From a virus (Duplodnaviria > Heunggongvirae > Uroviricota > Caudoviricetes), in the IMG/VR virus record IMGVR_UViG_2713897074_000004, positions 1 to 5,813 of that record: 5,813 bases of DNA, one strand, 5' to 3'. How positions within the stretch are numbered: position 1 is the stretch's first letter; every line of letters begins with the position of its first letter. The notes under the pieces were generated by a model. The model did no database searches, was not told the origin of the DNA, and saw only the letters and a program-made list of their open reading frames with translations. Below are positions 1-5,696 of the stretch, piece by piece. Both the position numbers and the translations under genes were made by a program.

Positions 1-62
1 CCGTTACGCACCACCCCGTCAGTAGCTGAACAGGAGGGACAGCTGATAGAAACAGAAGCCAC
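1..62 (-). CDS. insA: insA 5' fragment (IS1 InsA N-terminus), cut by window edge
   Basis: Minus strand from GTG at 62 translates MASVSISCPSCSATDGVVRN, the CxxC zinc-finger N-terminus of IS1 InsA; runs off the window. Confidence 0.7.
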   Translation of the reverse strand, partial: MASVSISCPSCSATDGVVRN

Positions 63-117
63 TGGAGCACCTCAAAAACACCATCATACACTAAATCAGT
101 AAGTTGGCAGCATCACC
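1..117 (-). mobile_element. IS1: IS1 terminal fragment: reverse complement of the first 117 bp of IS1 (insA-proximal end), element body lies left of the window
   Basis: Reverse complement of 1-117 reads GGTGATGCTGCCAACTTACTGATTTAGTGTATGATGG...GGGGTGGTGCGTAACGG, which I recognise as the IS1 left end including the insA start; exact inverted copy of 5697-5813. Identity from memory, not searched. Confidence 0.9.
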
Positions 118-153
118 GGTTTATCGGCGGCCCAGCGTTATGGCGGTATTTTT

Positions 154-2049
154 GTGCCTCCGCATATTGCGGTCATCCATCAATATATGCGTGAGATGAT
201 GGCAGGCGGCGGCAAAATGATCCTCGGGTCAGACAGCCACACCCGTTACGGTGCATTAGGGACAATGGCAGTCGGTGAGGGCGGCGGTGAGTTGGTAAAA
301 CAGCTGCTTAATGACACCTGGGATATCGACTATCCGGGCGTGGTTGCGGTGCATCTGACCGGAAAACCTGCGCCGTATGTGGGGCCACAGGATGTGGCGC
401 TGGCTATCATTGGCGCGGTGTTCAAAAACGGTTACGTCAAAAACAAAGTCATGGAGTTCGTTGGACCGGGCGTTAGCGCGCTCTCTACCGATTTCCGTAA
501 CAGCGTTGACGTGATGACCACTGAAACGACCTGTTTAAGTTCTGTCTGGCAAACCGATGAAGAAGTCCATAACTGGCTGGCGCTGCACGGTCGCGGCCAG
601 GATTACTGCCAGCTTAACCCTCAACCGATGGCGTACTACGATGGCTGCATCAGCGTTGATTTAAGCGCCATCAAACCAATGATTGCGCTGCCGTTCCACC
701 CGAGCAACGTGTATGAAATCGACACACTGCACCAGAACCTGACCGACATTCTGCGTGAGATTGAAATTGAGTCCGAACGCGTGGCGCACGGTAAAGCCAA
801 ACTCTCGCTGCTGGATAAAGTGGAAAATGGTCGCCTGAAAGTGCAGCAGGGGATTATCGCGGGCTGTTCTGGCGGTAACTACGAAAACGTCATCGCGGCG
901 GCGAATGCACTGCGCGGTCAATCCTGTGGCAATGACACCTTCTCGCTGGCAGTTTACCCGTCATCACAGCCGGTGTTTATGGATCTCGCCAAAAAAGGTG
1001 TGGTAGCAGATTTGATTGGCGCAGGCGCAATCATCAGAACCGCGTTCTGCGGCCCATGCTTTGGCGCGGGCGATACGCCAATCAACAACGGTTTGAGTAT
1101 TCGCCACACCACGCGTAACTTCCCGAACCGCGAAGGCTCTAAGCCAGCTAATGGGCAGATGTCAGCGGTGGCGTTGATGGACGCTCGTTCTATCGCTGCG
1201 ACTGCGGCAAACGGTGGCTATTTAACCTCTGCCAGCGAACTTGATTGCTGGGACAACGTGCCGGAGTACGCCTTCGATGTAACGCCGTATAAAAACCGTG
1301 TTTATCAGGGCTTTGTGAAAGGGGCAACTCAGCAACCGCTGATTTACGGGCCGAACATTAAAGACTGGCCGGAATTGGGTGCGCTGACTGACAATATCGT
1401 CCTGAAAGTGTGCTCGAAGATCCTCGACGAAGTGACCACCACCGACGAACTGATTCCTTCCGGTGAAACCTCTTCTTATCGTTCAAATCCGATTGGTCTG
1501 GCGGAGTTTACCCTGTCTCGCCGCGATCCCGGTTATGTTAGCAGAAGTAAAGCGACTGCTGAGCTGGAAAATCAGCGTCTGGCGGGGAATGTCAGCGAGC
1601 TGACAGAGGTGTTTGCGCGCATTAAGCAGATTGCTGGTCAGGAGCATATTGATCCGCTGCAAACTGAAATTGGCAGCATGGTCTATGCGGTGAAACCAGG
1701 CGATGGTTCTGCGCGTGAACAGGCGGCGAGCTGCCAGCGTGTGATTGGCGGTCTGGCGAATATTGCCGAGGAGTACGCGACTAAACGCTATCGTTCTAAC
1801 GTCATCAACTGGGGGATGTTACCGCTGCAAATGGCGGAAGTACCAACCTTTGAAGTGGGGGATTACATTTACATCCCTAGCATTAAAGCGGCGCTGGATA
1901 ATCCGGGTACGACGTTTAAAGGTTATGTGATCCATGAAGATGCGCCGGTAACGGAAATTACGCTCTATATGGAAAGTCTGACTGCTGAAGAGCGCGAGAT
2001 TATCAAGGCGGGTAGTTTGATTAACTTCAATAAAAACCGTCAGATGTAA
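154..2049 (+). CDS. ybhJ: Aconitase-family hydratase YbhJ, 5'-truncated (C-terminal ~640 codons only); functionally a pseudogene remnant
   Basis: Frame is open from 103 with no ATG/GTG/TTG before GTG at 154; translation carries aconitase-family signatures (GSDSHT, CGPC cluster ligands, swivel-domain GDGSARE). K-12 YbhJ is about 753 aa by recall, so roughly 110 N-terminal codons are replaced by IS1 at 117/118. Gene order ybhJ-ybhC-att lambda matches E. coli. Confidence 0.8.
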   Translation: MPPHIAVIHQYMREMMAGGGKMILGSDSHTRYGALGTMAVGEGGGELVKQLLNDTWDIDYPGVVAVHLTGKPAPYVGPQDVALAIIGAVFKNGYVKNKVMEFVGPGVSALSTDFRNSVDVMTTETTCLSSVWQTDEEVHNWLALHGRGQDYCQLNPQPMAYYDGCISVDLSAIKPMIALPFHPSNVYEIDTLHQNLTDILREIEIESERVAHGKAKLSLLDKVENGRLKVQQGIIAGCSGGNYENVIAAANALRGQSCGNDTFSLAVYPSSQPVFMDLAKKGVVADLIGAGAIIRTAFCGPCFGAGDTPINNGLSIRHTTRNFPNREGSKPANGQMSAVALMDARSIAATAANGGYLTSASELDCWDNVPEYAFDVTPYKNRVYQGFVKGATQQPLIYGPNIKDWPELGALTDNIVLKVCSKILDEVTTTDELIPSGETSSYRSNPIGLAEFTLSRRDPGYVSRSKATAELENQRLAGNVSELTEVFARIKQIAGQEHIDPLQTEIGSMVYAVKPGDGSAREQAASCQRVIGGLANIAEEYATKRYRSNVINWGMLPLQMAEVPTFEVGDYIYIPSIKAALDNPGTTFKGYVIHEDAPVTEITLYMESLTAEEREIIKAGSLINFNKNRQM

Positions 2050-2065
2050 AAAGCGCCATGTGAAT

Positions 2066-2268
2066 GTAGGTCGCATTCGGCACTTATTGTCGGATGCGAT
2101 GCTTGCGCATCTTATCCGACCTACGAATCGCATCGAATCTGTAGGCCAGATAAGGCATTTTCGCAGCATCCGGCACTTATTGTCGGATGCGATGCTTGCG
2201 CATCTTATCCGACCTACAAATCGCATCGAACCGTAGACCGGATAAGGCGTTTACGCCGCATCCGGCAA
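2066..2268. repeat. BIME: 4-5 REP palindromes in alternating orientation, including a ~62-bp near-identical direct repeat (2076-2137 and 2169-2230)
   Basis: REP-like units GTCGGATGCGATGCTTGCGCATCTTATCCGACCTAC (x2, + orientation) alternate with inverted units TGTAGGCCAGATAAGGCATTTTCGCAGCATCCGGCA and CCGTAGACCGGATAAGGCGTTTACGCCGCATCCGGCA; sits between the convergent 3' ends of ybhJ and ybhC. Confidence 0.75.
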
Positions 2269-2282
2269 ATAGTTAATTGCTC

Positions 2283-3566
2283 TTACTTCTTCGCCTCTGC
2301 AACCACTTTACTACCCACGCCGCGGTTATTGTATTCCCACATGCGGTTGTAGTTAGTGTCATTCAGATTGCGCTGTATTTCGTCGTTATCATCTACGCTG
2401 CCGGTATTACCCGCAAACGGACGATTAGAGATCACCGCATCGGCCCACGGTTTAGCCGTGTTAAAACCTTCGTTGATGGCGCTATCACGGATCACCACCT
2501 GACCGTTGGTATTGGCATCAACATCCAGCGAGCGGCCCAGTTGCGCCACACCATCACCGAAAGCATTGAAACGGCTGTTTACGGCGAGGAAACCGTAGTA
2601 AATGTTGGACAGCGTAGCCGGTGCAAACACATACGCTTCTTGCTGAGTACGTGAGTTCACCACGCGGAATTCGGTGTTATCGAACACCACTGCGCCGCGA
2701 CCAGAAACGATATCCACATCCCCTTCAATGTAGCTGTTGGTCACCAGCGTACGCGGCTGACGATTCGTTTCCAGACGGTTCTGTACACCGCTGTTGGTGA
2801 CAAAGAAGGTGTTCTGACGACCGAGAATGTTAACGTTGTTAATCTGTACCTGGTCACCATCAGTACGCAGTGCCACCGCCGGATGGTTACCTGCATCTAC
2901 GCTATCGCCCAGCGTGTTTTCGATGGTCAGATTTTGCAGTTGCAGGCCATTGTTTTGTGACCAGAAGACCGCAGAGCAGAGAACACCGATACTGTCGCTG
3001 CGTTTGCTCTGGCAGCTATCGTACATATACCACGCTGGTTTACCTGGCATATATTTGCCGCGCGGGTTGACGTCGTGACGCCAGTCGGCAGGGCTCATGC
3101 CACCATCAAGGGAAAGCCCAATCTTCACATCAATCGGTTTTTCACCTGTACCGTACAGAGTAATTCCACCCGGAGCGGCAGGGACATATACCGTTCCCTG
3201 ATACTCACCAGGCATCACGGCAATATACTGGCGCTTGTTGGTACGCTTGATAATTGCCGCATCTACCGCCGCCTGAATCGTGGTATGCGTTACACCTTGA
3301 GTGCCCGCCGGGCCGACAACAAAGTCAGGTTGCGCAGGCAGGGTAATCGGGGAAGGATTCCACGCTGCAGCACCTGGTGTCAGGGATGCAAAATAGTGTT
3401 GAGCATCGAAATTCTGCGCTTCTTTTGCCGATAGAATCGGGCGAGAAGAGGTACCAGGCGCGGTTTGATCAGAAGGACGTTGATCGGGCGGGGTTGAGCT
3501 ACAGGCGGTCAGCGTCACGCCAAAAGCCAATGCCAGCGCCAGACGGGAAACTGAAAATGTGTTCAC
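2283..3566 (-). CDS. ybhC: YbhC, pectinesterase-family outer-membrane lipoprotein (annotated acyl-CoA thioesterase)
   Basis: 427-aa ORF with lipoprotein signal peptide and lipobox (MNTFSVSRLALALAFGVTLTAC|SS); GTG start at 3566 preceded by GGAG; sequence and position next to att lambda match E. coli ybhC by recall. Confidence 0.85.
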   Translation of the reverse strand: MNTFSVSRLALALAFGVTLTACSSTPPDQRPSDQTAPGTSSRPILSAKEAQNFDAQHYFASLTPGAAAWNPSPITLPAQPDFVVGPAGTQGVTHTTIQAAVDAAIIKRTNKRQYIAVMPGEYQGTVYVPAAPGGITLYGTGEKPIDVKIGLSLDGGMSPADWRHDVNPRGKYMPGKPAWYMYDSCQSKRSDSIGVLCSAVFWSQNNGLQLQNLTIENTLGDSVDAGNHPAVALRTDGDQVQINNVNILGRQNTFFVTNSGVQNRLETNRQPRTLVTNSYIEGDVDIVSGRGAVVFDNTEFRVVNSRTQQEAYVFAPATLSNIYYGFLAVNSRFNAFGDGVAQLGRSLDVDANTNGQVVIRDSAINEGFNTAKPWADAVISNRPFAGNTGSVDDNDEIQRNLNDTNYNRMWEYNNRGVGSKVVAEAKK

Positions 3567-3599
3567 AGGTTGCTCCGGGCTATGAAATAGAAAAATGAA

Positions 3600-3705
3600 T
3601 CCGTTGAAGCCTGCTTTTTTATACTAAGTTGGCATTATAAAAAAGCATTGCTTATCAATTTGTTGCAACGAACAGGTCACTATCAGTCAAAATAAAATCA
3701 TTATT
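3600..3705 (+). other. attL: Phage lambda attL (B-O-P'): 15-bp common core 3613-3627, IHF H' site, arm-type Int sites P'1-P'3
   Basis: Bacterial arm ...TTGAAGCCTGC followed by core GCTTTTTTATACTAA and phage arm GTTGGCATTATAAAAAAGCATTGCTTATCAATTTGTTGCAACGAACAGGTCACTATCAGTCAAAATAAAATCATTAT; IHF consensus TATCAATTTGTTG at 3653-3665; arm-type sites AGGTCACTAT, CAGTCAAAAT, AAATCATTAT at about 3675-3705. Confidence 0.85.
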
Positions 3706-4771
3706 TGATTTCAATTTTGTCCCACTCCCTGCCTCTGTCATCACGATACTGTGATGCCATGGTGTCCGACTTATGCCCGAGAAGATGTTGAGCAAACTTA
3801 TCGCTTATCTGCTTCTCATAGAGTCTTGCAGACAAACTGCGCAACTCGTGAAAGGTAGGCGGATCCCCTTCGAAGGAAAGACCTGATGCTTTTCGTGCGC
3901 GCATAAAATACCTTGATACTGTGCCGGATGAAAGCGGTTCGCGACGAGTAGATGCAATTATGGTTTCTCCGCCAAGAATCTCTTTGCATTTATCAAGTGT
4001 TTCCTTCATTGATATTCCGAGAGCATCAACATGCAATACTGTTGGGATGGCAATTTTTACGCCTGTTTTGCTTTGCTCGACATAAAGATATCCATCTACG
4101 ATATCAGACCACTTCATTTCGCATAAATCACCAACTCGTTGCCCGGTAACAACAGCCAGTTCCATTGCAAGTCTGAGCCAACATGGTGATGATTCTGCTG
4201 CTTGATAAATTTTCAGGTATTCGTCAGCCGTAAGTCTTGATCTCCTTACCTCTGATTTTGCTGCGCGAGTGGCAGCGACAGGGTTTGTTGTTATATGGCC
4301 TTCAGCTATTGCCTCTCGGAATGCATCGCTCAGTGTTGATCTGATTAACTTGGCTGACGCCGCCTTGCCCTCGTCTATGTATCCATTGAGCATTGCCGCA
4401 ATTTCTTTTGTGGTGATGTCTTCAAGTGGAGCATCAGGCAGACCCCTCCTTATTGCTTTAATTTTGCTCATGTAATTTATGAGTGTCTTCTGCTTGATTC
4501 CTCTGCTGGCCAGGATTTTTTCGTAGCGATCAAGCCATGAATGTAACGTAACGGAATTATCACTGTTGATTCTCGCTGTCAGAGGCTTGTGTTTGTGTCC
4601 TGAAAATAACTCAATGTTGGCCTGTATAGCTTCAGTGATTGCGATTCGCCTGTCTCTGCCTAATCCAAACTCTTTACCCGTCCTTGGGTCCCTGTAGCAG
4701 TAATATCCATTGTTTCTTATATAAAGGTTAGGGGGTAAATCCCGGCGCTCATGACTTCGCCTTCTTCCCAT
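3701..4771 (-). CDS. int: Lambda integrase Int (tyrosine recombinase), apparently intact
   Basis: 356-aa product MGRRRSHERRDLPPNLYIRNNGYYCYRDPRTGKEFGLGRD... recognised as lambda Int; catalytic signatures present (HELRSLSARLY, LLGHKSDTMASQY with the active-site Tyr); overlaps xis by 23 bp as in lambda. Confidence 0.95.
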   Translation of the reverse strand: MGRRRSHERRDLPPNLYIRNNGYYCYRDPRTGKEFGLGRDRRIAITEAIQANIELFSGHKHKPLTARINSDNSVTLHSWLDRYEKILASRGIKQKTLINYMSKIKAIRRGLPDAPLEDITTKEIAAMLNGYIDEGKAASAKLIRSTLSDAFREAIAEGHITTNPVAATRAAKSEVRRSRLTADEYLKIYQAAESSPCWLRLAMELAVVTGQRVGDLCEMKWSDIVDGYLYVEQSKTGVKIAIPTVLHVDALGISMKETLDKCKEILGGETIIASTRREPLSSGTVSRYFMRARKASGLSFEGDPPTFHELRSLSARLYEKQISDKFAQHLLGHKSDTMASQYRDDRGREWDKIEIK

Positions 4772-4967
4772 TTCTGATCCTCTTCAAAAGGCTACCTGTT
4801 ACTGGTCGATTTAAGTCAACCTTTACCGCTGATTCGTGGAACAGATACTCTCTTCCATCCTTAACCGGAGGAGGGAATATCCTGCACTCGCGTACCCATC
4901 GACGAACTGTTTCAAGGCTTCTTGGGCGTCGCTGGCGTGCGTTCCACTCCTGAAGTGTCAAGTACAT
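4749..4967 (-). CDS. xis: Lambda excisionase Xis
   Basis: 72-aa product MYLTLQEWNARQRRPRSLETVRRWVRECRIFPPPVKDGREYLFHESAVKVDLNRPVTGSLLKRIRNGKKAKS recognised as lambda Xis. Confidence 0.95.
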   Translation of the reverse strand: MYLTLQEWNARQRRPRSLETVRRWVRECRIFPPPVKDGREYLFHESAVKVDLNRPVTGSLLKRIRNGKKAKS

Positions 4968-4995
4968 CGCAAAGTCTCCGCAATTACACGCAAGA
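4950..4995 (-). promoter_or_regulatory. pI: pI region: cII-binding TTGC-N6-TTGC tetrad repeats immediately upstream of and overlapping the xis start (cII-activated int promoter)
   Basis: Minus strand reads TTGCGTGTAATTGCG (TTGC at 4993-4990 and 4983-4980, 6-nt spacer), 13 nt upstream of the xis ATG; matches the lambda pI/cII site as I recall it. Exact -10 and transcription start not determined here. Confidence 0.5.
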
Positions 4996-5014
4996 AAAAA
5001 CCGCCATCAGGCGG
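4995..5014 (-). terminator. Putative weak intrinsic terminator at the orf55 stop (5-bp GC stem, 4-nt loop, 6 U)
   Basis: Minus-strand RNA GCCGCCUGAUGGCGGUUUUUU: stem CCGCC/GGCGG followed by UUUUUU. Short stem; function unverified. Confidence 0.3.
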
Positions 5015-5174
5015 CTTGGTGTTCTTTCAGTTCTTCAATTCGAATATTGGTTACGTCTGCATGTGCTATCTGCGCCCATATCATCCAGTGGTTATAACAG
5101 TCGTTGATGTTCTCTGCTTCGATAACCCTGTTGAATGGCTCTCCATTCCATTCACCTGTGACTCGGAAGTGCAT
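5007..5174 (-). CDS. Small lambda hypothetical protein (orf55-like, 55 aa) between xis and the ea8.5 slot
   Basis: ATG at 5174 preceded by GGAG (7-nt spacer); translates MHFRVTGEWNGEPFNRVIEAENINDCYNHWMIWAQIAHADVTNIRIEELKEHQAA, stop at 5007-5009; below the length cutoff of the supplied ORF track; position matches the small ORF next to xis in lambda (by recall). Confidence 0.6.
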   Translation of the reverse strand: MHFRVTGEWNGEPFNRVIEAENINDCYNHWMIWAQIAHADVTNIRIEELKEHQAA

Positions 5175-5185
5175 TTATCATCTCC

Positions 5186-5212
5186 ATAAAACAAAACTCG
5201 CCGTAGCGAGTT
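5186..5212 (-). terminator. Putative rho-independent terminator downstream of the 142-aa gene (7-bp stem, 4-nt loop, U-rich tail)
   Basis: Minus-strand RNA AACUCGC-UACG-GCGAGUU followed by UUGUUUUAU; lies 46 nt after the stop at 5258 and just before the orf55 RBS. Confidence 0.45.
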
Positions 5213-5257
5213 CAGATATAATTTCCACCAAAGGCAGTAGTTGCTTGATGCTAAGAA

Positions 5258-5686
5258 TTATTCAATATCTATTCCTGTAATATCTTTTATCTTTTTCCTT
5301 GCAAAGCCTTTTGCTAGTGATTTTGAAACACTCATAAGTGTACTAATTCCCTCATCCTTAAAGTTTGTTTTTATAGCTTGCCAGACATCCTTTTGACGTA
5401 AGTCAGCAATAAAATCATGCCCTCTTGCTGTCAACCTCAGTGGTACTTCGATCCAACTATATCCAACACCTTCCCCTAACGCTTTGGACAATATATGACC
5501 GAACCCAGGTTTTCCATCAACCCTGACTATTAATTCGTAGTCACATAATAATCGCATATGGAAAATAAAATCTTGGTCATATCTATTAAAGCCATTATCC
5601 TCTAGTTCACTAAGCATCGTGTCAGGGCCACGAGTTTTTTCGAATGCGATAAGTAGATCTTTTAGATATTGCTGGTCTAATTTCAT
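5258..5686 (-). CDS. Hypothetical protein, 142 aa, unknown function; prophage accessory (moron-like) gene in the slot occupied by ea8.5 in lambda
   Basis: ATG at 5686 preceded by GGAGG with a 5-nt spacer (CACCGGAGGCGGCAATG); product MKLDQQYLKDLLIAFEKTRGPDTMLSELEDNGF...KKIKDITGIDIE; no hydrophobic segment long enough for a transmembrane helix, no signal peptide, one Cys; lower GC than the neighbouring lambda and host genes. The ORF track extends it to a TTG at 5710 inside the IS1 end, which I reject. Confidence 0.7.
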   Translation of the reverse strand: MKLDQQYLKDLLIAFEKTRGPDTMLSELEDNGFNRYDQDFIFHMRLLCDYELIVRVDGKPGFGHILSKALGEGVGYSWIEVPLRLTARGHDFIADLRQKDVWQAIKTNFKDEGISTLMSVSKSLAKGFARKKIKDITGIDIE

Positions 5687-5696
5687 TGCCGCCTCC

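Larger units (their letters stand above)
3613..5696 (-). mobile_element. Left end of a lambda-type prophage (attL-int-xis-orf55-cargo gene), cut off distally by IS1 at 5696/5697
   Basis: Contiguous lambda-identical att/int/xis/orf55 block followed by one non-lambda gene, then the IS1 terminus. Confidence 0.8.

Noticed and set aside
661-1930. ORFs 661-921 (-) and 1745-1930 (+) inside ybhJ
   Set aside because: Fully embedded in, or out of frame with, the well-supported aconitase-family reading frame; no RBS; typical shadow ORFs.
1819-2226. 135-aa minus-strand ORF with an internally repeated peptide
   Set aside because: It runs through the REP/BIME palindromes and antisense into the 3' end of ybhJ; the repeated peptide is just the translated duplicated REP unit.
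2066-2268. Possible CRISPR array (direct repeats)
   Set aside because: Only two copies of the long repeat, units are REP-family palindromes in alternating orientation with irregular spacing and no spacer-repeat periodicity or cas genes; this is a BIME.
2277-3598. Plus-strand ORFs 2277-2654, 2827-3078, 2870-3070, 3075-3434 and 3377-3598
   Set aside because: All antisense to, or overlapping, ybhC, which has a clear lipoprotein signal and matches known YbhC; low-complexity, Arg/Cys-rich translations typical of antisense frames.
3952-5189. Plus-strand ORFs 3952-4149, 4269-4475, 4836-5189 and 4922-5107
   Set aside because: Antisense to int, xis and orf55, whose identities are secure; no independent support.
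5258-5686. Identification of the cargo gene as lambda ea8.5 or ea22
   Set aside because: Size and composition do not fit my recollection of either (Ea8.5 is about 93 aa with a Cys/His-rich zinc-binding fold, Ea22 about 182 aa); I cannot confirm without an alignment, so it is left as unknown.
118-5696. 9-bp target-site duplication proving a single composite-transposon insertion
   Set aside because: Inner flanks next to the two IS1 ends (GGTTTATCG and GCCGCCTCC) are unrelated in either orientation; the outer flanks that would carry such a duplication are outside the window, so a simple transposition event cannot be supported or excluded.
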